Positions 25,114 through 32,000 of a DNA stretch of 32,000 nucleotides are shown piece by piece. Position 1 is the stretch's first letter, and each line of letters begins with the position of its first letter. Made by a program: the position numbers and the translations under genes. Source of the stretch: Phycisphaera mikurensis NBRC 102666 (GTDB lineage: Bacteria; Planctomycetota; Phycisphaerae; Phycisphaerales; Phycisphaeraceae); contig NC_017080.1 in the NCBI RefSeq assembly GCF_000284115.1, positions 3,270,001-3,302,000 of the forward strand, given 5' to 3'. The notes beneath the pieces were generated by a model that did no database searches, had not been told where the DNA came from, and saw only the letters and a program-made list of their open reading frames with translations.

Positions 25114-27162
25114 TCAGGACTGCACGCTCTCGTGGGTTCGCTTGGCGAGCATGCCTCTCGCCGCCTCGGCGATGCTCGCGGGGTCGAGGCCGGCGTCTCC
25201 GAGCTGGGCGTCGCGGGAGTCCGGACCCGCCCAGGCTTCCGGCATCGCGAGGCGCTTCACGAGGCGGGTGTCGAGGCCCTCGGCGTGAGCCGCCTCGAGC
25301 ACGGCGGCGCCGAAGCCGCCGGCGAGGGCATGGTCCTCGACGGTGAGCACCGGCACGCCGGACCCCAGCAGCTCGCGGAGCAGATCCACGTCCACCGGCT
25401 TGGCGAAGCGGGCGTCGTAGAGCGCCGGTTCGTGGCCGTGCTCGCGGAGCACGGCCAGGGCCGAGCGGCACTGCTGCACCACCGTGCCGTAGGCGAGCAC
25501 GGCGATCTCGGGGCGGCCCGCGTGGCCGCCTCTCGCCGGCGAAACGAGGTTCGCGCGGCCGAGCACGAACGGGGGAACGCTCGCCTGCGCCGGCTGCTCC
25601 GCGACCGTGTCGCGCGGGTAGCGAAGAAAGGTGGCGCTCTCGTCGCGATCGGCCATGAACCGGAGAGCGGCGACGAGATTCGGCTCGTCGCTGGCGGCGA
25701 GCAGCACGGCACCGGGCAGCCCGCGGAACAGCGAGACGTCGAGGAAGCCGTGGTGCACGGCGCCGTCGCCGCCGACGTAGCCCGCCCGGTCCATGCACAC
25801 CCGCACGGCGAGGCCCTGGAGGCTGACCTCTTGGAAGAACTGGTCGAAGGCCCGCTGGCTGAAGGTCGAGTAGACGGCGAAGAAGGGCCGCACGCCGCTC
25901 TTGGCCATGCCCGCGCACAGGTCGGCGGCGTGGCTCTCGCAGATGCCCGTGTCGATGACCCGCTGCGGGTGGCGGCGGGCCACCTCGGCCAGCCCGGTGC
26001 CGTCGGGCATGGCGGCGGTGACCGCGACGATCGAGGGGTCGGCCGCCATGCGGTCGGCCAGCGCGTCGGCGAAGGCGGCGGTGAAGCTCCGCCCCTTCTT
26101 GGCGTGCTCGACGCGGCAGGCGTTCATGGCGACCTGCGACGGGGTCGCGGGCCGCGGGATGTCGCTCCCGCCCTCGACAGCGACCAGCCGGAACGCCGCG
26201 GGCGAGTGGAATCTCGTCGCGTCGCCCTCGGCCTCGCGGAAGCCCTTGCCCTTGGTCGTCTTCACGTGCAGCAGCACGGGCCGGTTGATGAGCCGGACCT
26301 CCTCGAGCACCTCGATCAGCCAGGACAGGTCGTGCCCGTCGACCGGGCCCAGGCACAGGTGCCCAAAGTGCTCGAACATGTGGCCGCGCCGCACCAGCGC
26401 CTTCATCACGTCGCTGCCGCGCTGGTAGAGATCTTCGATCAGCCCGGGCTTGCCCGGCGCCGGCTCGCCGCCGGGGAGGCGGTCGATGAAGCCCTTCGCC
26501 CGACGCTTGATGCCGCGGTAACGCCGGCTCACGCGCACGTGGTCGAAGTAGTTCGCGAGCGCGCCCTGCGGGTGGGCGATCGACATGCCGTTGTCGTTGA
26601 GCACCGTGAGGAACTGCCGCTTCAGCGTGCCGGCCGCGTTGAGGCCCTCCAGCGAGACGCCGTTGACGATGCTCGCGTCGCCGACCAGGACGGCGACCTT
26701 CCGGCCGTGCGGCTCGGCCGTCTCGGCGCCGTCGCGCCCGCGGACGCCGGCCTCGAAGTCGTCGCCGACGGCCATGCCCACCGCGGTCGAGATCCCGGTG
26801 CCGGCGTGGCCGACCGCGAAGAGGTCCCACGGCGACTCGCCGGGCTCGGGGAAGCCGGCCATGCCGCCCTTCTGCCGCAGCTTCGGCAGCATCCCCAGCC
26901 GGCCGGTCAGCAGCTTGTGCACGTAGCACTGGTGGCCGACGTCGAACAGCAGCCGGTCGTGGCGGAAGTCGAACACCCGGTGCAGCGCCATCGTCAGCTC
27001 GACGACGCCCAGGTTGGGCGCCAGGTGCCCGCCCGAGGCCATCACCTGCGCGATGATCGCCTGGCGGATCTCCTCCGCCAGCGTCTCCATCTGCGGCACC
27101 GTCATCCGGCGCAGGTCGGCCGGGGCGAGGTCGGGGGTCAGGAGCGGCGCGGGATCGGGCAT
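25114..27162 (-). CDS. dxs: 1-deoxy-D-xylulose-5-phosphate synthase
   Basis: The start is the ATG at 27162 (MPDPAPLL...). Motifs are GGHLAPNLGVVELTMALH, DVGHQCYVHKLLTGR and GHAGTGISTAVGMA, plus the TPP-binding region VLVGDASIVNGVSLEGLN and transketolase-like C-terminal domains. The 1806-aa ORF-track entry is only real up to this ATG. Confidence 0.97.
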   Translation of the reverse strand: MPDPAPLLTPDLAPADLRRMTVPQMETLAEEIRQAIIAQVMASGGHLAPNLGVVELTMALHRVFDFRHDRLLFDVGHQCYVHKLLTGRLGMLPKLRQKGGMAGFPEPGESPWDLFAVGHAGTGISTAVGMAVGDDFEAGVRGRDGAETAEPHGRKVAVLVGDASIVNGVSLEGLNAAGTLKRQFLTVLNDNGMSIAHPQGALANYFDHVRVSRRYRGIKRRAKGFIDRLPGGEPAPGKPGLIEDLYQRGSDVMKALVRRGHMFEHFGHLCLGPVDGHDLSWLIEVLEEVRLINRPVLLHVKTTKGKGFREAEGDATRFHSPAAFRLVAVEGGSDIPRPATPSQVAMNACRVEHAKKGRSFTAAFADALADRMAADPSIVAVTAAMPDGTGLAEVARRHPQRVIDTGICESHAADLCAGMAKSGVRPFFAVYSTFSQRAFDQFFQEVSLQGLAVRVCMDRAGYVGGDGAVHHGFLDVSLFRGLPGAVLLAASDEPNLVAALRFMADRDESATFLRYPRDTVAEQPAQASVPPFVLGRANLVSPARGGHAGRPEIAVLAYGTVVQQCRSALAVLREHGHEPALYDARFAKPVDVDLLRELLGSGVPVLTVEDHALAGGFGAAVLEAAHAEGLDTRLVKRLAMPEAWAGPDSRDAQLGDAGLDPASIAEAARGMLAKRTHESVQS

Positions 27163-27245
27163 GCAAGCGGTCACAGAAAGCTTCGGCGGGCTGGATCCTA
27201 TCCGCCGGCGGGGGCTCCCCGGGCCCGGCGTGCCCGCCCCGGGCC

Positions 27246-28220
27246 TCACGCGCCGCGGATCGCCAGCGTCCGCGCCATCTCCCGGAGGCGATCCGCGGCG
27301 GGCCCCAGCGGCGCGAGCGCGGCGAGGGCTTCGTCGCGGTACCCCGCGATCCTCTCGCGGGTCCCGTCGACGCCGTACAGGCCCGGGTACGTGAGCTTCC
27401 CGGCGTCGGCGTCCTTGCCGGTCGCCTTGCCCAGCGCGGCGGCGTCGGCGGTGACGTCGAGGAGGTCGTCGACGGCCTGGAAGCAGATCCCCAGGCAGAC
27501 CGCGTAGACGGAGAGCTCGGCGATCGTCCGCCCGTCCGCGCCGCCGCAGATCGCGCCCATCCGGCAGGCCGCCATCAGGAGCGCCGCCGTCTTCTTGCGG
27601 TGGATGGCGCGGAGCCGCTGGTCGTCGGTCGCGTCCGCGGGGAAGCCGCCGACGGTGTCGAGCACCTGGCCGGCGATCATGTCGGTGGTGGCCCGGGCGA
27701 GCTCGCCGGGCAGTCGGCGGTCGAGGCCGGGGGCGGAGAGCGCCTCGGCGGCGAGCGACTGCAAGCCGTCGCCGGCGAGGATCGCGAGGTCCTCGCGGAA
27801 GGCCCGGTGGGCCGTCGGCCGGCCGCGGCGCAGGTCGTCGTCGTCCATCGCCGGGAGGTCGTCGTGGACCAGCGAGAAGGCGTGGACCATCTCGATGGCG
27901 ACGGCGGCGGGCAGCGCGGCCTCCCAAGCGCCGCCGACGGCCTCGCAGGCGCGGAGGCAGAGGATCGGCCGCGTCCGCTTGCCCGGTCCGAGCACGGCGT
28001 AGAGCACCGCGTCCTCGAGCGGTTGCGGGAGCCCACGCGCCCGCACCGCGGCCCCGATGGCCGCGTCGACCCGTCGCTTCAGCTCTTCGTCCGACTCCAA
28101 GAGACCCTCTTCCGGGTGGGGACCGCGTGCGGGGCGAACATAGAGAGGAAGCCCCGCCGCCGGCGCCGCTTCCGGCTTCGGCGGGCACCGGCTGGCAACC
28201 GGGCCGCAAACCTGCGACAC
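27246..28220 (-). CDS. ispA: Polyprenyl (farnesyl/geranylgeranyl) diphosphate synthase
   Basis: The first Asp-rich motif is LVHDDLPAMDDDDLRRG and the second is FQAVDDLLD. GKRTRP lies upstream. The gene sits directly upstream of dxs, a common arrangement. The only ATG is at 28220. A TTG at 28100 preceded by gaagaggg would give a more typical 284-aa protein. Confidence 0.92.
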   Translation of the reverse strand: MSQVCGPVASRCPPKPEAAPAAGLPLYVRPARGPHPEEGLLESDEELKRRVDAAIGAAVRARGLPQPLEDAVLYAVLGPGKRTRPILCLRACEAVGGAWEAALPAAVAIEMVHAFSLVHDDLPAMDDDDLRRGRPTAHRAFREDLAILAGDGLQSLAAEALSAPGLDRRLPGELARATTDMIAGQVLDTVGGFPADATDDQRLRAIHRKKTAALLMAACRMGAICGGADGRTIAELSVYAVCLGICFQAVDDLLDVTADAAALGKATGKDADAGKLTYPGLYGVDGTRERIAGYRDEALAALAPLGPAADRLREMARTLAIRGA

Positions 28221-28320
28221 TGCCGCGGGCGACCCGGGTCCGCGCCGCGGACCGTCGCCCCGAAACGAGCCAAGCCCCGACGGTCCGCGGCCTTCCAGCC
28301 GGGCGCGGGTTCAGCGCCCG

Positions 28321-30453
28321 TTGCCATCTCGCACGCGCCCGCCGAGCGGGCGCCCCGCCCGGAAAGCCACTGTGGACGCCGACAACACCCCCAACAACGA
28401 CCCGAACCCCCAAGCGGACGCACCGAGCACCCCGCCGAGCCCCGGCGGCGAAGCGGCGGCGGCCCCCGAGCCCGGCGCCTCCGCGACCGACGCCGCAGGA
28501 GCGTCGGGCGTCGAGACCGAGCCCGCCGAGCCGGCGCAAGACGGCCCGGGGTTCGCCGACCTGGGCCTCTCCGCGGCCGTGCTCGCCGGCCTCGAGCGCA
28601 TCGGCTACGAGCAGCCTTCGCCGATCCAGGCGGCCATCATCCCCGCGGTGCTCTCCGGCGTCGACGTGATCGGCCAGGCCCAGACCGGCACCGGCAAGAC
28701 GGCCGCCTTCGCGCTGCCGATCCTCTCGAAGCTCCAGGGGGTGCCCGCGGGCGGCGGGTCGGTCCGCTTCGAGGCGCCCGCAGCGCCGACCGCCCTCGTG
28801 CTCGCGCCCACCCGCGAGCTCGCGATCCAGGTCGCCGAGGCGTTCCAGACCTACGCCCAGAAGATGCCCGGCTTCCACGTCGTGCCCGTTTACGGCGGGG
28901 CCGACTACACGACGCAGCTGCGGGCGTTCAGCCGCGGCGTCCACGTCGTCGTCGGCACGCCCGGGCGGGTCCTGGACCACATGAAGCGCGGGACGCTCAA
29001 CGTCCAGCACCTCCAGCACCTCGTGCTCGACGAGGCCGACGAGATGCTGCGGATGGGCTTCATCGAGGACGTGGAGTACGTGCTCGACGAGATCCCCGAC
29101 GCCGCGCAGGTCGCGCTGTTTTCGGCGACGATGCCCGCCCAGATCAAGCGGATCGCCCAGAGCAAGCTCAAGGACCCCCAGCACATCCGGACCGCCGGCA
29201 AGACCAAGACCGCCGAGACCGTGCGCCAGCGGTACGCGTACGTGCCCGGCCGGCGCAAGATCAACGCCCTCACCCGCGTGCTCGACGCCGAGCCGCACGA
29301 GGCGGTGCTCGTCTTCGTGCGGACCCGCAACGCGTGCACCGAGGTCGCCGACCAACTCCAGGCCCGCGGGCACGCCGCCGAGGCGCTCTCGGGCGAGGTC
29401 CCGCAGCGGCAGCGCGAGCGGATCGTCGAGTCGCTCAAGGATGGACGCATCGACGTCGTGGTGGCCACCGACGTGGCGGCCCGCGGCCTCGACGTCGAGC
29501 GCGTCGGCCACGTCATCAACTACGACATGCCCACCGACCCGGAGGCGTACATCCACCGCATCGGGCGCACCGGTCGGGCCGGGCGCAGCGGCGAGGCGAT
29601 CCTCTTCGTGACGCCCCGCGAGAAGCGGATGCTCGGCGAGCTCGAGCGGATCACCGGGCAGGCCATCGAGGAGATGCAGCCGCCGTCCGACAAGGACATC
29701 CGCGACCTCCGCGTCAGCCGCTTCCTCGCCGCCGTCGACGCGCAGCCCGAGGAGCAGCCCGAGGCCGTGGCCTTCTTCCGCGGTCTCCTGGAGAAGCGGG
29801 CCGCCGAGCAGGACCTGGACCCGCTGGACCTTGCGGCGAACCTCGCGGCGCTGGCCCAGGGCGACCGGCCGATCGTGGGGGCGGCGACGCCCGATGGCGA
29901 GGACGAGCCGCCGCGTCGGCCCCGCGTGCAGGGCGAGCGGGAGCAGCCGAAGGGGCGCTTCGTGGCCCCGCCGCCCGCGTCGCGAGAGGGCTTCTCCCGC
30001 ACGCAACGCGGCGAGAAGCCCCGCGGCGACGGCCGCGAGGTGCCCGAGGGCTTCGAGCGCTACCGCCTCGACGTCGGCCGCGATGACGGCGCCGGGCCGA
30101 GCAACTTCGTGGGCGCCATCACCGGCGAGACCGGCCTCACCGGCGGCGACATCGGCCGCATCGCGTTGCACGACGCCTACGCCACCGTCGACCTGCCCGC
30201 CGGGATGCCGCCGCAGGTCTTCGCCCTGCTCAAGAAGCTGGAGGTGATGGGCAAGCCCCTGAACCTCGTGAAGATGGAGGGCGGCGGGCACGCCCACCAC
30301 GCGGGCGGCGGCGGGAGCGGCCGGGCGCCGAGCCACGGCGGGTTCGCACACCCGAAGAAGAAGTTTGGCGGGAAGCCCGGCTTCGGCGGGCCGAAGAAGG
30401 CCGGGGCCAAGCGATTCGCCGGCGGGAAGAAGTTCGGCGGGAAGAAGTCCTGA
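28321..30453 (+). CDS. deaD: DEAD-box ATP-dependent RNA helicase (DeaD/CsdA-like) with a DbpA-like RNA-binding region and a Gly/Lys-rich tail
   Basis: The Q-motif region is FADLGL...PSPIQ. Motif I is AQTGTGKT, motif II is VLDEADEM, motif III is SAT (FSATMP) and motif VI is HRIGRTGRAG. The C-terminal tail is KKKFGGKPGFGGPKK. The start is uncertain: TTG at 28321 or an in-frame GTG at 28372 preceded by ggaaag. Confidence 0.95.
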   Translation: MPSRTRPPSGRPARKATVDADNTPNNDPNPQADAPSTPPSPGGEAAAAPEPGASATDAAGASGVETEPAEPAQDGPGFADLGLSAAVLAGLERIGYEQPSPIQAAIIPAVLSGVDVIGQAQTGTGKTAAFALPILSKLQGVPAGGGSVRFEAPAAPTALVLAPTRELAIQVAEAFQTYAQKMPGFHVVPVYGGADYTTQLRAFSRGVHVVVGTPGRVLDHMKRGTLNVQHLQHLVLDEADEMLRMGFIEDVEYVLDEIPDAAQVALFSATMPAQIKRIAQSKLKDPQHIRTAGKTKTAETVRQRYAYVPGRRKINALTRVLDAEPHEAVLVFVRTRNACTEVADQLQARGHAAEALSGEVPQRQRERIVESLKDGRIDVVVATDVAARGLDVERVGHVINYDMPTDPEAYIHRIGRTGRAGRSGEAILFVTPREKRMLGELERITGQAIEEMQPPSDKDIRDLRVSRFLAAVDAQPEEQPEAVAFFRGLLEKRAAEQDLDPLDLAANLAALAQGDRPIVGAATPDGEDEPPRRPRVQGEREQPKGRFVAPPPASREGFSRTQRGEKPRGDGREVPEGFERYRLDVGRDDGAGPSNFVGAITGETGLTGGDIGRIALHDAYATVDLPAGMPPQVFALLKKLEVMGKPLNLVKMEGGGHAHHAGGGGSGRAPSHGGFAHPKKKFGGKPGFGGPKKAGAKRFAGGKKFGGKKS

Positions 30454-30517
30454 CCGCGGGAGGAGGCGGTTGCGGCGCGGGGGTGGACGCCACCGGGGCC
30501 GCTCCATAGCTTCCTCC

Positions 30518-31084
30518 ATGAGCAACGAATCCACCGAGAACCCGCACGCGGGCAGCGTGCCGACCGAGAAGAAGATCGACGAGCTCTACGGGCTCATCGC
30601 CGAGATGGAAATCGCGTTGATGACGACCCGCCGGCCCGACGGCCGGCTGGTCACCCGCCCCATGGACACGCAGGAGCGTGGCCCCGACGGCGACCTCTGG
30701 TTCGTCACGGATGCCTCCGCCGAGAAGGTCGCCGAGCTGGAGCACGACGATCACGTGTGCCTGGGCTACTACAACGGCAAGACCCGCGAGTGGGTCTCGG
30801 TGAGCGGCACCGCCCGCCTCACGCGAGACCGCGAGCGCATCCGCGAGCTGTACCAACCCGACTGGAAGGCCTGGTTCCAGGACGAGGGCGGCGACCGCGA
30901 CGGAGGACCCGACGACCCGCGGCTGGCGCTGATCGTGGTCGAAGCCGATTCGGTCCACTACATGAAGGCGGAGCACTCGCGTCCGGTGCAGCTCTTCGAA
31001 GTCGCCCGGGGCGTCGTCACCGGAAGCCGTCCCGACGTCGGCCGCGAGGAAACGCTGTCCGCGCAAGACCTGGCGGGCCGCTGA
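30518..31084 (+). CDS. Pyridoxamine 5'-phosphate oxidase-like FMN-binding protein (general stress protein 26 family)
   Basis: The start is the ATG at 30518. IALMTTRRPDGRLVTRPM...LWFVTDASAEKVAELEHDDHVCLGY...VSVSGTARL matches the split-barrel GSP26/PNPOx-like pattern. Confidence 0.82.
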   Translation: MSNESTENPHAGSVPTEKKIDELYGLIAEMEIALMTTRRPDGRLVTRPMDTQERGPDGDLWFVTDASAEKVAELEHDDHVCLGYYNGKTREWVSVSGTARLTRDRERIRELYQPDWKAWFQDEGGDRDGGPDDPRLALIVVEADSVHYMKAEHSRPVQLFEVARGVVTGSRPDVGREETLSAQDLAGR

Positions 31085-31163
31085 GCGGGAGGACGAGGAC
31101 GGTCGCCGTGGTCCCCGACCGCCGCGCGGCCGATCGCGGTCGGCATCGGTCGGAGCGACACGC

Positions 31164-31517
31164 TCAACCGCCCGCCGGCTTGACACCCGAGAAGCCACGC
31201 TCCCGCAGCAGCGAGACGAGCGCTTCGCGGTGGTCCCCCTGCACCTCGAAGCCGTCGCCGCGGAGCCCGCCGCCGGCGGAGACGCTCGCTTTCGCCGCCT
31301 TCAGCAGGCCCGCCAGGTCGCTGGCGTCGGGATCCAGCCGCGTCACCACCGTCACCCACTTGCCCCGGCGCCTCTCCCGCCGCACCCGCGGCTCTTGGTC
31401 CGCGTGCCGCAGGACCGCCCCGCTCGCGTCCCTCGGGCACGCGCAGCCGCCGATCGCCAGCCCGCACGCCTGGCAGGTGACCGGCCGCTCCAGCGGGGTT
31501 CCGTCGAAGAGTCCCAT
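31164..31517 (-). CDS. yciH: SUI1/YciH-family translation initiation factor-like protein
   Basis: There is an N-terminal Cys cluster (CQACGL...CAC). GKWVTVVTRL...DLAGLLKAAKASVSAGGGLRGDGFEVQGDHREALVSLLRERGF matches the SUI1 domain pattern. Confidence 0.87.
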   Translation of the reverse strand: MGLFDGTPLERPVTCQACGLAIGGCACPRDASGAVLRHADQEPRVRRERRRGKWVTVVTRLDPDASDLAGLLKAAKASVSAGGGLRGDGFEVQGDHREALVSLLRERGFSGVKPAGG

Positions 31518-31812
31518 GCGGGGACGCTACCGCCCCGGGGGCGGGCCGGCCGATCTCGCGGATCGCCGGGCTTGCGGGTGCGGAGCGGGGGCCGGCCAGG
31601 AGCCGCTCCGACCCCGGCGTGCGCGGTGCGGGGCTCGGCCTCGCCGCGGCGGGCCCGGGGAGCGACCGCTGCCGGAGGCTGGGATTTCGGCGCTCCCGGG
31701 GTTACGGTGGAGGCCGGCTCCTTGGCCCGGGGAGGCAACGCCAGCCCGTGAAGCCTTTCCGAGGGGGTCGGATCCGCGGGGAATCACTCCCCGGCTCTGA
31801 AAGGAGCAACGC

Positions 31813-32000
31813 ATGGGATTGTTGAAGAAGTGTTCTGCCGAGGCCGTGGGGACGTTCTGGCTGGTGTTCGGGGGCTGCGGCAGCGCGGTGCTCGCGGCGG
31901 GGTTCCCCGAGGTCGGGATCGGCCTGCTCGGGGTGTCGCTGGCCTTCGGGCTCACCGTGCTCACGATGGCCTTCGCGATCGGGCACATCTCCGGCTGCCA
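31813..32000 (+). CDS. aqpZ: Aquaporin Z, 3'-truncated by the window edge
   Basis: The ATG at 31813 is preceded by aaggag (31801-31806). The translation [62 protein letters not shown] is close to the well-known AqpZ N-terminus. This ORF is absent from the ORF track because it runs off the window. Confidence 0.9.
   Translation, partial: MGLLKKCSAEAVGTFWLVFGGCGSAVLAAGFPEVGIGLLGVSLAFGLTVLTMAFAIGHISGC

Noticed and set aside
28100-28220. The N-terminal 40 residues of the ispA ORF (MSQVCGPVASRCPPKPEAAPAAGLPLYVRPARGPHPEEG) as a genuine extension or targeting peptide
   Set aside because: The composition looks non-coding. A TTG at 28100 with an upstream purine-rich tract gives a protein of typical length. 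I kept the longer coordinates in the feature table only because 28220 is the sole ATG.
25114-30534. A 1806-aa minus-strand ORF, the longest in the track
   Set aside because: Only its C-terminal 682 codons (25114-27162, dxs) have protein-like sequence. Upstream it reads ispA out of frame and then the antisense strand of the DEAD-box helicase gene. That gives Arg/Pro/Gly/Ala-rich low-complexity text. Stop-free antisense frames are expected at this G+C content.

Overview
This is a very G+C-rich bacterial chromosomal segment; spot counts of single 60-nt lines gave 36/60 to 51/60 G+C. It is densely coding on both strands. I could support about 30 protein genes. I found no rRNA, tRNA, CRISPR array, transposase, integrase or phage gene.

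Because of the base composition, the ORF track is full of long stop-free shadow ORFs rich in Arg/Pro/Gly. I rejected these, including the 1806-aa, 1213-aa, 1079-aa, 997-aa and 934-aa ORFs.

Most of the content is housekeeping: pyrG, dus, pgi, truA, dxs, ispA, a DeaD-like helicase, yciH and aqpZ. Interspersed with these are ion-transport genes (VIT1/CCC1, a CaCA antiporter, a TrkH/KtrB-type K+ transporter) and envelope or secreted proteins. The latter comprise two PEP-CTERM cargo proteins, a beta-helix protein, a lipoprotein, and an 882-aa secreted helical protein with an internal tandem repeat. PEP-CTERM tails combined with this composition fit a Planctomycetota/Phycisphaerae-like or similar organism, but that is inference only.

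I do not see a convincing new multi-gene system such as a defence island or mobile element. The features the gene list does not explain are:
- a 176-bp tandem triplication of the truA initiation region, in which a 92-nt hairpin-bearing module is better conserved than the coding-derived module;
- a PGPGW membrane domain with no stop codon between it and a full-length TrkH-type transporter;
- a near-perfect 36-bp tandem array inside the large secreted protein;
- a tightly coupled ACT / unknown / cNMP-binding TrxR-like flavoprotein operon, in which the flavoprotein lacks the redox CxxC;
- a perfect TTGACA-containing palindrome in a divergent intergenic region.

All domain calls are by eye from motifs. 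No database search was run.
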